Shown here one piece after another: positions 1 to 9,316 of a stretch of DNA of 64,000 nucleotides (within the stretch, counting starts at the first letter, position 1; each line of letters begins with the position of its first letter). The stretch lies in the sequence record SRR31156797_3177; one strand, 5' to 3'. The notes beneath the pieces were generated by a model. It searched no databases, was not told the origin of the DNA, and saw only the letters and a list, made by a program, of their open reading frames with translations. The position numbers and the translations under genes are program-made.

Positions 1-89
1 ACACAAACGTGTATTGGGGATTTTTTTTGCGTAAAAAATGCATGCCCTCTGCTTGCTCAGATAGGGAATCACGGTCCTTCTATATGTGG

Positions 90-111
90 AAAACTGGATC
101 GGATCCAGCTC
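90..111 (-). terminator. Possible intrinsic terminator downstream of the RluA-family gene
   Basis: Minus strand reads gagctggat-ccg-atccagtttt: hairpin with only a short U run. Confidence 0.35.
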
Positions 112-172
112 CGCAGGCAACCGATAAAACCTGGTAACTGTCAGATAAAGTCTGCGCTGCTACTTTGGTCTA

Positions 173-928
173 TTAGTACAACAGCCTTAAAGATGCTGAT
201 AAAGTACATCTTCTCCCCCTTCGCCGAGCGAGCAACGTTCTCAAATTTTCAGACCAAGCGGCTCCAGGTAAACATTTAAAAATCATACGTTCTTGCAGTG
301 TTGGATGGCTGCAGGTATACACAGCAGCGTGCAGCGCAATTTCCCTCTCACCAAATGACCGAGCATTTTCATCATATCGATAGTCTCCCAGCAAAGGATG
401 CCCTTTGTGAGCAAATTGGACCCGGATTTGATGATGTCTCCCGGTAACTAGCATAATTTCCACTAGTGATACCCCATCCTCAAAAGCTCTTCTCGTAAAC
501 CGAAGCTCAGCTTCTTTCCCATTATTATCAATAAAGCTTTGGCTTTTTCTCCGCCTAATGTTATCTACCCAAACTCCCTGCTCAGGTACCTCACCTTCTA
601 CCAGGGCTATATATTTTTTTCCCACTGATCGTAATCGTATTTGTTCTGACAACCTGGCAGCTGCTTTTGATGTGCGCGCCAGTACCACGGTACCAGATAC
701 AGGTCGGTCGAGCCTATGGACCAAGCCGAGATAAACATTCCCTGGTTTTTTGTAACGCTCTTTCAAATAAGATTTACAAACAGTTAAAAGGTCTGGGTCA
801 CCCGAACTATCCTTTTGCACCAGCAGCCCTGTAGGTTTATTTACAACAAGAAGATGGTTGTCTTCATAAAGAACTGGTATTATTTGGCCTGTATTAACAA
901 TTTGCGCTCTAACCTGCTCTGTAAACAC
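173..928 (-). CDS. RluA-family RNA pseudouridine synthase
   Basis: Motifs VNKPTG, HRLDRPVSG (catalytic Asp), TGRHHQIRVQ, GDYRY, LHA. Confidence 0.92.
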   Translation of the reverse strand: MFTEQVRAQIVNTGQIIPVLYEDNHLLVVNKPTGLLVQKDSSGDPDLLTVCKSYLKERYKKPGNVYLGLVHRLDRPVSGTVVLARTSKAAARLSEQIRLRSVGKKYIALVEGEVPEQGVWVDNIRRRKSQSFIDNNGKEAELRFTRRAFEDGVSLVEIMLVTGRHHQIRVQFAHKGHPLLGDYRYDENARSFGEREIALHAAVYTCSHPTLQERMIFKCLPGAAWSENLRTLLARRRGRRCTLSASLRLLY

Positions 929-971
929 TTATTTCAATCCCCATTTCCAACGAAAAAATATTCACCACATT

Positions 972-2957
972 ATGCCTGCTCGTCTTCTTATCATTAATCC
1001 GGCCAGCCCTTTCTTTTTCTACATTCCCATGGGCACCTTTGGGCTCTGTGATTACCTTGAAACACATGGTATAGCTTCCCAGATTTTTAATCACGCACTC
1101 TATGACACTCAGGCTGCAGACGATTCACTTACTCAACTATTACTCGATTTTGAACCAACCCACGTTGCCGTCATATTCCACTGGCAGGAAACGGCCCATG
1201 GTGTTCAACATATCCTTGAACAACTCTATCAATACTCTCCTCAATTGCCCGTTATTATTGGCGGCTTCAGTGCCGGGTATTTTGGCAAAGATATACTCCA
1301 ACATTTCCCTACTGTAGATTATCTGATACAAGGCGATCCAGAAGAACCACTTCTTCACCTGCTGCAGGAAAAACCGGTTGTTTCTATAGCTAACCTTACT
1401 TTTCGCCACCAGGGAGACATAACCAGATCCCCACACCAATGGCTCATAGACCAGCGACTTCTTGACACTATTTCATTTGCCAGAATCGACTTGCTTCACG
1501 ATGCCAATCGATACCTTACAAAAATAAATACAATATTAGGGTTCCCTCTTTTCATTGGTCGTGGCTGTGCCTTTAACTGCGATTATTGCGGAGGCAGTCG
1601 CCAGGCATTTACAGTTCATTCTCACCGCGACCATCCAGTTTGCAGATCCATCTCATCCATTATAAAAGACCTGCACCGCATCAAAGAGGTAACAGATACT
1701 TTATACATCTGTTATGAAAACAATCCCCAATATATCACCTCTTTATTTAATGCTATTGCTGCCGATGACCTATTACGCAAGCATTTTACTCTGAATTATG
1801 GAGCATGGCATCTTGCTGGTGATGACTTTCTTGGAGCCTATAAAAATGCCTTTAATTGGCAAGGGGCCAAATCAGTATTTGAATTTTCTCCTGAAGTTAT
1901 TTCAGATAGCAGTCGGAAAAAAATTAAAGGGAATGCCATCTACTCTCTGGACGATCTTATCGAAAACTGCCTCAAGGTCAGCGATCATCTGCAGCATAAC
2001 ATCAGGATTGAGCTTTTCTTCAGTCGCTATCACCCGACGGAGCCAACAAAAGAACTCCTTCACCGAGAAATTGAGCAAATATTTAGTTTGAAACATGCTT
2101 TATATACCAAGGGGCACCTCTCTATTCATGTCTGCTATGACCACCTTTCAACTGATGTAGCATCCAGTTATTGGCATCAACGACCTGAACAACCAAACAT
2201 TTTTTGTGATTTCCTTCTCCAAAAACAACTTATCGACCAGCAACAACGTTATCCTTTTCCGGTCGACAATTTGTGTTTGTATATCCCTTCATCACTTTCA
2301 GAGCAGGAACTGCTACAAACAGAGGCACTTATTCAATGCCTCGATCACATAGAACAAAACTACCATGAACTCTTCCATATTTTATTCTGCTGTACTGGTA
2401 CTTTCTGGATTAAAGCCCTTGCCAGTGTCATAAATCCCTTGGTCCACGAGCAACAGGCCGCCTTTTTTACTCAACTCCCCCTTGCTGAACTACTGGGCGA
2501 ACTGGTTAGAAAAATCAGAGAAATAGAACAATATGAGCCACTTTCTTTTTTAAATGACTTGGTGACGTTCAGTTTGAGAAAGGAGCAACTTCGTTTTTCA
2601 GAACCCGAAATGACTCAGAACGTTGCTTCAGATGACTTACCGTGCATGCTCAATCGGCAAAGAATGAGTTTACATCAGCATGATTACACAGATTTAAAAA
2701 ATTTTATTGATTTGCTCCAGCAAGTAGAAGGCAATGCGGCCATTCCATATCAGCGTACAATGTGTTTCTTTCTTAAAAACGAGGTACTCTCCATGCCCCA
2801 TCGAAGTTATCGTTTGACTCTCCGGCAATTTGAGCAATGTATATCCCCTGCCAGCTATCTTGAAGCCTTGCAGAAAACAGTACAGATAGACTTGGCAAAG
2901 CAAAAAAGCATTATCAAACGCTTTAAAGATGCTGGTGTTCTTCTCCCCTGCTGTTAA
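972..2957 (+). CDS. Cobalamin-binding radical SAM protein
   Basis: N-terminal B12-binding-like domain (IPMG..., IIGG, DYLIQGDPEEP); CxxxCxxC motif RGCAFNCDYC; long C-terminal extension. Confidence 0.8.
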   Translation: MPARLLIINPASPFFFYIPMGTFGLCDYLETHGIASQIFNHALYDTQAADDSLTQLLLDFEPTHVAVIFHWQETAHGVQHILEQLYQYSPQLPVIIGGFSAGYFGKDILQHFPTVDYLIQGDPEEPLLHLLQEKPVVSIANLTFRHQGDITRSPHQWLIDQRLLDTISFARIDLLHDANRYLTKINTILGFPLFIGRGCAFNCDYCGGSRQAFTVHSHRDHPVCRSISSIIKDLHRIKEVTDTLYICYENNPQYITSLFNAIAADDLLRKHFTLNYGAWHLAGDDFLGAYKNAFNWQGAKSVFEFSPEVISDSSRKKIKGNAIYSLDDLIENCLKVSDHLQHNIRIELFFSRYHPTEPTKELLHREIEQIFSLKHALYTKGHLSIHVCYDHLSTDVASSYWHQRPEQPNIFCDFLLQKQLIDQQQRYPFPVDNLCLYIPSSLSEQELLQTEALIQCLDHIEQNYHELFHILFCCTGTFWIKALASVINPLVHEQQAAFFTQLPLAELLGELVRKIREIEQYEPLSFLNDLVTFSLRKEQLRFSEPEMTQNVASDDLPCMLNRQRMSLHQHDYTDLKNFIDLLQQVEGNAAIPYQRTMCFFLKNEVLSMPHRSYRLTLRQFEQCISPASYLEALQKTVQIDLAKQKSIIKRFKDAGVLLPCC

Positions 2958-2992
2958 CGAGTTAACAACCTGAGATAATGATTCGTGCAAGA

Positions 2993-4189
2993 TTATTGCA
3001 CACTCACTGCTCCAGGAAACTCTTCCAGTACCGTCTCAAAAGGAATAGCAAAACCAATCCCTTCTGTATTATTGATGATCATAGTATTCACACCAACAGC
3101 TTGCCCTTGAACATTGATTAACGGACCACCACTGTTGCCAGGATTGATGGGTGCATCAACCTGTACCATGTTTTTCCCTTTAAGCTTCCTGTACCCTGAT
3201 ATAACGCCCGAAGTAACACTATGATGCAAGCCGAGAGGACTACCTATAGTGAACACAGGAGCTCCTTGCTCAGGGTAATCCCTAGCCTTGACAATAGGGA
3301 TCGCTGGTGAATTATAGACATCAATTGAAAGCAGAGCCAGGTCCTGCTTTGGGCTGAGCTGAAGGGTACTCACAGAGTACTCACTCCCATCAACAAGAAT
3401 AACCTTCCCATCCTGGAGAAAATCGCTCTGCTTAATCTTTGTAATCTTCTGCTCCATTTCAGTTAACTTTTGGTTATACGTTGAATATTGCTCCTCACGT
3501 AAACCAAGGTTTTTCGTTACCTGTTGTTTCAACCGGATATCTTTCACCTGTTTCAACTGACTCCGCATGAGATCAAGATTTTCCCTTTCATTTTTTAAAC
3601 GCTCTCTCAAGAGTTCATACTGGGATTCCATCCACTCTAACTGATCGGCATCATACTGGACCACATGCCTATTTGTGATAATAGTCCCGAATCTATCTAT
3701 AAAAAAACCAGACCCACTCCCCCATGGCGTCGCAATAGAGACGGTAGCATTTCTTGCTGATTCAACAGGACTGCCTGTCCCAGAAAAATTCTGTGCAAGC
3801 TGACCTGCCAGTCCGTCCGTTTCAATTCCATTGGCATCGTCTGTTTTCAAAGAAAACATCGGCATCTCTGGTTTGGCTTCCCCTGTGCCATATTCCTCCT
3901 CGGCTGATGCCACACCCTTCGGATCAATGTTCACCGGTAACGGGTTACTCGCCTGCTTTCCCCCCCCCATAAAGTGCAATCCTGCTGCAATCGACACTCC
4001 AACGACCACTACCAACCCCACAATAAAAGAAAAGAGACCCTTCCCACTCGAATGGTTATCCTGTGGTGAAACCTTTTTTTTCCTTTCCTGAAAGGCCTCA
4101 TATTTCTCGAAAATAACGCCGCATTTGGTACATTCAGGATTTTCAGGTTGAATAAATCCGCATTTTGGACATTTCATAGCGTAGGACAC
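2993..4189 (-). CDS. Membrane-anchored trypsin-like (S1C) serine protease with N-terminal zinc ribbon
   Basis: CPKC...CTKC, one TM helix, GSGSGF, TNRHVV (His), DLALL (Asp), INPGNSGG (Ser); start may be ATG at 4177. Confidence 0.88.
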   Translation of the reverse strand: MSYAMKCPKCGFIQPENPECTKCGVIFEKYEAFQERKKKVSPQDNHSSGKGLFSFIVGLVVVVGVSIAAGLHFMGGGKQASNPLPVNIDPKGVASAEEEYGTGEAKPEMPMFSLKTDDANGIETDGLAGQLAQNFSGTGSPVESARNATVSIATPWGSGSGFFIDRFGTIITNRHVVQYDADQLEWMESQYELLRERLKNERENLDLMRSQLKQVKDIRLKQQVTKNLGLREEQYSTYNQKLTEMEQKITKIKQSDFLQDGKVILVDGSEYSVSTLQLSPKQDLALLSIDVYNSPAIPIVKARDYPEQGAPVFTIGSPLGLHHSVTSGVISGYRKLKGKNMVQVDAPINPGNSGGPLINVQGQAVGVNTMIINNTEGIGFAIPFETVLEEFPGAVSVQ

Positions 4190-4300
4190 ACTTAAAATTG
4201 ATATCTAGCCTATATTTGTTTCATTACAATAAGCATGGACAGTTTTTGCACAATCCAAGCTGAAGGCCAAGTGTATAACAGCAGACAAAAAGGGAGCAAA

Positions 4301-4355
4301 GTCTTTCCCGACACAACCCAATACTTATGAAAAAAGATCAGCTATCGGGAAAGAC
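4301..4355. repeat. 11-bp perfect inverted repeat with 33-nt spacer, downstream of rubredoxin
   Basis: gtctttcccga (4301-4311) / tcgggaaagac (4345-4355). Confidence 0.6.
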
Positions 4356-4387
4356 AAGATGAAACGCAGCTTATTATTAATACGCTA

Positions 4388-4567
4388 TCAATCAAGAGGA
4401 TCAAATTGATCCTTGGTGGCGTAACACATGGGGCAGACCCATTCATCTGGAAGTTCAGCAAAGGTGGTATTCTCAACAATACCGTTCATTGGGTCACCCT
4501 TTTTAGGGTCATAAACATACCCACAATTAATGCAGATATATCTTTCGTGTGCTTGATCAGTTCCCAT
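4388..4567 (-). CDS. rub: Rubredoxin (59 aa; not in ORF track)
   Basis: Hand translation MGTDQAHERYICINCGYVYDPKKGDPMNGIVENTTFAELPDEWVCPMCYATKDQFDPLD*: CxxCGYxYDP...GDP...LPDxWxCPxC signature. Confidence 0.95.
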   Translation of the reverse strand: MGTDQAHERYICINCGYVYDPKKGDPMNGIVENTTFAELPDEWVCPMCYATKDQFDPLD

Positions 4568-4569
4568 GA

Positions 4570-7011
4570 TTATACCGCAAAGTATTTGGCTTGTGGATGA
4601 TGGACAACAATCGCCGAGGTGGTTTGTTCCGGCACCATCTGCATATTTTCAGTAAGGCTGACACCAATATTTTCAGGTTTGAGAAAAGCAAAAAGCGGTT
4701 TATGGACATCCATATCAGGACAAGCTGGATACCCAAAACCATAGCGTGACCCCTGATATCCCTGTGTGACAACGCCTTTCATTTCGGTGCCCCCTACCCC
4801 CAATTCTTCCCTCATCTTTGCATGCCAATACTCTGCCAGGGCATCTGTCACCTCCACGCTGAAACCATGAAGCATGAGATAATCGTGATAGGCATCAGTC
4901 TCATAAAGACGGGCTGTCGCTTGAGCCATTTTTTCACCAATAGTGACGATGAAAAATCCAGCGATGTCGCCGCCCTCTTCCTGGGTCTTAAAATAATCAG
5001 CAATACAAAGATAAGGGGCCTCAGCCTGACGAGGAAAGGCAAAGGGATATGTTGTACCATCAGCCTCTATGTAAACAGTATTTTCTTTGGAATAACAGGG
5101 AAAATATCCATACGATACTTTCGGAACAATCAGACGCTGTTCAAGTGACTGCTCTATAAGTTTATCATAAATGGGTTGCACAGTGCTGGTAAGAAGTTCA
5201 CGGTACTCCTCTGCCCCCATTTTACCACGGCGATACCCCCAGCGTCCCCGAAAAAGAGCCTGGGTATTGACCAAAGGGAAAATTTTTTGCGGATCGATTT
5301 CTTCCACATATCTCTGGCCAATAAACGGAGACGTCGGTACCGGTACATCCCGATCAACCGAAGCATCCTTCAGGCCTGGTTTCATAGCCTCTATACTGGT
5401 GATACGGTTAAAATCGGTAGAGGTCAAGGTACCCTCTTCAAATTCCCGCACAGCCTTAAGCCCTGCGAATGCATCCTGGCAATAGACCACAGGTCCATCA
5501 TACCCGGGGACACATGATTCAGCGACAAACTTAGGGGTCAATGCTGCACCCCCAAGCATTATTGGTGTTTTTAATCCTGCAGCCTTATACTGAGCCATAG
5601 ATTCCTGCATGACAATAGCCGATTTAACAAGCAAGCCACTGAGGCCTATCAAATCAACATCGTACTCTTTGGCCTTATCAATAATAGCTTCAGCCGGAAT
5701 CTTTATCCCGATATTATAAACCTTGTACCCATTATTGGAAAGAATGATATCTACTAAGTTTTTACCGATGTCATGCACGTCTCCCTGGACCGTAGCCAGA
5801 AGAATTTTGGTCGCGCTTTCTCCATCAATTTTATCCATAAAGGGCTCAAGAAAGTTCACCGACCTTTTCATGACCTCTGCAGACTGCAGCACAAAAGGGA
5901 GTAGAATTTCGCCTTTACCAAACAACTCACCCACATGGCGCATAGCAGGGACAAGCATCTGGTTAATAATAGCAAGCGGTTTGTAGCGCTCCATAAGTAC
6001 CGGCAGGATATCTTCCAGGCCGTCCTTATCCCCTGTTACTACATGATGAAAAAGTTGTTCTTCAGTTGTCCTGCTGCTTCCTTTTTCTTCGTCCAAATCA
6101 TCATCTGCCATATCGCTGAAATGTTCAATAAATCGCATCAGCGGCTTGGTATCCTTGCCTGCGACTTGATCAAACAGCAGATCAAGACAAACTTCGCGGT
6201 CCTCCTTGGAAACCCTGGCAAGCGGCAAAATTTTTGCGGCATCAACAATCGCCGCGTCCAGTCCAGCCTCAACAGCTTCATGCAAGAAGACAGAGTTCAG
6301 TATCCGGCGAGCCTTGGGTGCCAAGCCAAAGGAAATATTACTCAGCCCAAGAACAGTCAGGGTGCCTGGCAATTCTTTTTTTACCAGCTTAATTCCTTCA
6401 ATGGTCTGAATAGCAGCATCACGAAGTTTTTCATCGCCGGAACCAACGGTAAACGTCAGGCAATCAAATAACAGGTCGCTGGGTCGCAAGCCAAATTCAT
6501 CAACAGCAATGGCATATATCTCTTGAGCAATGGCCAGTTTGTCCGCCGCTGTCATTGCCATGCCCTGCTCGTTAATTGTCAAAGCAACAACAGCCGCACC
6601 GTACTTTTTCGCTGCGTCGCAGACCCGACGCAAATTAGCACCACCATCTTCAAGGTTGATCGAATTAATAATACATCGCCCTGGATACAGCTTTAAACAG
6701 GCTTCAATACACTCAGGTGTAGTCGAGTCTATCATAAGTGGAGCTTTCACCGACCCGGCACACATCTGTACCAAGGTGGTCATATCCGCAAGCTCATCAC
6801 GCCCTGCATAGGCTGTACACAAATCAATGATATGGGCTCCTTTAGCCTCCTGTTCCTGTGCAATTTTGAGACAGCTTTCAAAATCGTCGGCCAGGAGCAG
6901 TTCTCTAAACTTTTTGGAACCATTGGAATTGGCACGTTCCCCTATCAAAAGAGGCGGAATCTCCTGCTGTAATTCAACAGCCTGATACAAACTTGAAACT
7001 GAAGGCTTCAT
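4570..7011 (-). CDS. metH: Methionine synthase C-terminal part: pterin-binding, cap, cobalamin-binding and reactivation domains
   Basis: IGERANSNGSKKF, MIDST, INSINLEDG, GLSNISFG, ATVQGDVHDIGKNLV (DxHxxG), SGLL, RYGFGYPACPD, PEQTTSA. Confidence 0.95.
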   Translation of the reverse strand: MKPSVSSLYQAVELQQEIPPLLIGERANSNGSKKFRELLLADDFESCLKIAQEQEAKGAHIIDLCTAYAGRDELADMTTLVQMCAGSVKAPLMIDSTTPECIEACLKLYPGRCIINSINLEDGGANLRRVCDAAKKYGAAVVALTINEQGMAMTAADKLAIAQEIYAIAVDEFGLRPSDLLFDCLTFTVGSGDEKLRDAAIQTIEGIKLVKKELPGTLTVLGLSNISFGLAPKARRILNSVFLHEAVEAGLDAAIVDAAKILPLARVSKEDREVCLDLLFDQVAGKDTKPLMRFIEHFSDMADDDLDEEKGSSRTTEEQLFHHVVTGDKDGLEDILPVLMERYKPLAIINQMLVPAMRHVGELFGKGEILLPFVLQSAEVMKRSVNFLEPFMDKIDGESATKILLATVQGDVHDIGKNLVDIILSNNGYKVYNIGIKIPAEAIIDKAKEYDVDLIGLSGLLVKSAIVMQESMAQYKAAGLKTPIMLGGAALTPKFVAESCVPGYDGPVVYCQDAFAGLKAVREFEEGTLTSTDFNRITSIEAMKPGLKDASVDRDVPVPTSPFIGQRYVEEIDPQKIFPLVNTQALFRGRWGYRRGKMGAEEYRELLTSTVQPIYDKLIEQSLEQRLIVPKVSYGYFPCYSKENTVYIEADGTTYPFAFPRQAEAPYLCIADYFKTQEEGGDIAGFFIVTIGEKMAQATARLYETDAYHDYLMLHGFSVEVTDALAEYWHAKMREELGVGGTEMKGVVTQGYQGSRYGFGYPACPDMDVHKPLFAFLKPENIGVSLTENMQMVPEQTTSAIVVHHPQAKYFAV

Positions 7012-7940
7012 ATGATCACCTCTCTGTTGGCCGGCTGGACGTTCTTAAGCTCACTGACCAGTGCACGGGTATGTTCAGGCGTTGTTCCGCAGCACCCACC
7101 GACAATACTCACTCCAAGTTCAGTAACAAAACGTTTCATGTCCAATGCATACTGCTTAGGTGTAAGCGGGTAGCAGGTTTTGCCGTCGACAACCTCAGGC
7201 AATCCCTGATTGGGCACGCAGGATATGCGTTTTGTCCAGTTCTGACTTAAATATCTGATGTGCGATTCCATTTCACCCGGACCAGTGGCACAGTTTAAGC
7301 CAAAAGATAACAACGGAAAAGGCTCAAAGGTCACTGCTGCAGCAGCAATATCAGTACCGACAAGCATGGTTCCAGTGCGCTCAATAGTAACAGAAGCCAT
7401 AACCGGAATATCACTTTTTCCCATTTCTTCCAGGACTTGAAAACAGGTTGTCATAGCGGTTTTAATCTGCAACAAATCCTGACAAGTTTCAATAATCAGC
7501 AGATCAACCCCACCTTTTACCAAAGCACGTATCTGCTCTGCATGAGCAGTCGCTAATTCTTCGACGGTTATATGACCAAGCGAAGGCAACTTCGTTCCTG
7601 GTCCTACAGATCCAGCAATATACGTATCAGTCTTTCCATCAATAGCTTTGCGAGCGTTCTCAACACCGGCAAGGTTGATTTCTTCTACTTTCTCTTCAAG
7701 GCCGTATTCTCCGAGAACGATACTGCTCGCTCCAAAAGTATTGGTTTCTATCACCATTGCCCCGGCATCGACAAAGCTTGAATGCAGAGCAACAATCGTT
7801 TCCGGAGAAGAGATGTTAAGCAATTCGTTACACCCTTCACTATCCCCCCACGCAGACGAAGGTATGTCCATTTCCTGGAGGTTGGTACCACAGGCACCAT
7901 CTAAAATAAGTATTCCGTGATCTGTTGGTTTCATTATCAT
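7008..7940 (-). CDS. metH: Methionine synthase homocysteine-binding (Zn) domain, encoded as a separate ORF
   Basis: LDGACGT, ETNTFG, GSVGP, LIIETCQD, GLNCATGP, GGCCGTTPEH. Confidence 0.93.
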   Translation of the reverse strand: MIMKPTDHGILILDGACGTNLQEMDIPSSAWGDSEGCNELLNISSPETIVALHSSFVDAGAMVIETNTFGASSIVLGEYGLEEKVEEINLAGVENARKAIDGKTDTYIAGSVGPGTKLPSLGHITVEELATAHAEQIRALVKGGVDLLIIETCQDLLQIKTAMTTCFQVLEEMGKSDIPVMASVTIERTGTMLVGTDIAAAAVTFEPFPLLSFGLNCATGPGEMESHIRYLSQNWTKRISCVPNQGLPEVVDGKTCYPLTPKQYALDMKRFVTELGVSIVGGCCGTTPEHTRALVSELKNVQPANREVII

Positions 7941-7982
7941 CTATATGTAATCTAAATCTTCAATCAACAGTTAACATCGCCA

Positions 7983-8012
7983 TTGGCACCCACCTTGTCA
8001 GGTGAGTGCCAA
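7983..8012. repeat. Near-perfect inverted repeat upstream of the metH operon
   Basis: ttggcacccacc-ttgtca-ggtgagtgccaa; 11 of 12 positions complementary. Confidence 0.6.
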
Positions 8013-8560
8013 GACAGGAACTGTACGCTTTCCCCTGAACCAAACCCTTAATCGTATTACCTTTACCGACGACATCTCTCTAGAAAAAAATATACGGAGT
8101 GAGGATACTGGAAAGAATTGCGAATACCGCGTTATACTCTTACACGGCGCTATGAGTTCAAGGGTATCTATATTCCCTTCTGCTTATTATCTCCCTTGGC
8201 CTTGAATAAAGGCAGCACAATCAACATTAAACAGAAAGCATGATTTATCATCTTTCTCCAAATAAAGCCACATCAACAGTAACTCAATAGGTTAAGGATG
8301 CATTCCGAAAAATAAACCCCGTACCCAAACACCCTTTTTCTGAATAATCATTGCCGTGCAGCTCTTTTGAGAAGGCATCCCCAAAAAACATCTAACACAA
8401 TGAAGTGTTTATGTTTTTTCAGCTTGACGCCACCTACACAAGACGGTAAGCATACCTGTGTTTTTCAAATATCTGACCTTTTAAAATCATTAATTTCGTC
8501 TCTCTTCAACCTGGTCCTCCGGGACCTACGCTTCGCTGAATAAAGGTAATCACAGGCAAC

Positions 8561-8878
8561 ATGATCAACGTCACCACATCCGCCATCACTATTTTAAAAA
8601 GACAACTGCAAGAAAAACAGAACACTCATGCAGTACGCATTGATATTGTTGCCCTGGGGAGCAACTGGAAATCACTTGCACTCCGTCTAGACTTTCCCAG
8701 GAGAAATGATCTCGTATACAGCTACGATGAGGTGACGTTTCTTGTAGAACCATCCCTGATCACGGCCTGCGGTTCCATTAAAATTGATTACAGGCCTTCT
8801 GACTTACAGATGATTGAGCGTCTTCAAGGCGGTTTTTCAATATCATCCCAAACCCCTCTTTCCAGTGCATTAGCCTAA
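8561..8878 (+). CDS. Degenerate IscA/HesB-like protein
   Basis: MINVTxSA...AVRI...SLALRLD.P..ND......VTFLVE..L....IKIDY...GGFSISS pattern; the usual Cys/Sec sites are absent. Confidence 0.7.
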   Translation: MINVTTSAITILKRQLQEKQNTHAVRIDIVALGSNWKSLALRLDFPRRNDLVYSYDEVTFLVEPSLITACGSIKIDYRPSDLQMIERLQGGFSISSQTPLSSALA

Positions 8879-8968
8879 ATTAATTTTCCCTGATTTAACA
8901 ACGTCCACCCTGAGAGGGCCCCCAAATGCGCCCATTACGCCAGTTATTCCTGCCATGACTGCCACCTA

Positions 8969-9316
8969 TCATTCATAAGCATAAGCAGTCTGCTGCGATG
9001 ATGAAAAGTGCTGATAATCCATTTCCAGGGAATCGGCACCAAACCACATCGGGATTTTACCGTTGTTCCCAGGGATGTGGCCGAAAAAACGTGCCGCAGC
9101 AGCTAGGTAGGCAAATTGTTCTTTGGAAATTTTAGAGAGAGGCTGGGTGCCGGCGAGGAAAAAATCGACACTATCCTTTTCCTTTACAACCAGCACATTG
9201 TTTTGCTGCTGCATCATTTTGTCACTCAGAAAACGTACTGATTCCAGCTGTGCCTTACCTTTAACAATTCCGTTAAATACAAACATTGCCCGACTCATTA
9301 TCACTTTAAATTGCAT
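8969..9316 (-). CDS. Hypothetical protein (115 aa), divergent from WYL regulator
   Basis: Fills the intergenic space; strong SD AGGAGGAG just before ATG; candidate extended -10 TGgTAGAGT at 9346-9354. Confidence 0.7.
   Translation of the reverse strand: MQFKVIMSRAMFVFNGIVKGKAQLESVRFLSDKMMQQQNNVLVVKEKDSVDFFLAGTQPLSKISKEQFAYLAAAARFFGHIPGNNGKIPMWFGADSLEMDYQHFSSSQQTAYAYE

Noticed and set aside
1..210. Minus-strand frame starting MYFISIFK with several in-frame TGA codons (possible selenoprotein)
   Set aside because: No recognisable family or Sec-type motif, it overlaps the rluA 3' end, and it is cut by the window edge
4406..4600. 64-aa plus-strand ORF from the track
   Set aside because: Antisense shadow of the rubredoxin gene
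7941..8560. SAM-I or cobalamin riboswitch upstream of metH
   Set aside because: Only a GGTGCCAAT-like fragment is present; the conserved core elements were not found by eye
8561..8878. Selenocysteine HesB-like protein
   Set aside because: No in-frame TGA at the expected position
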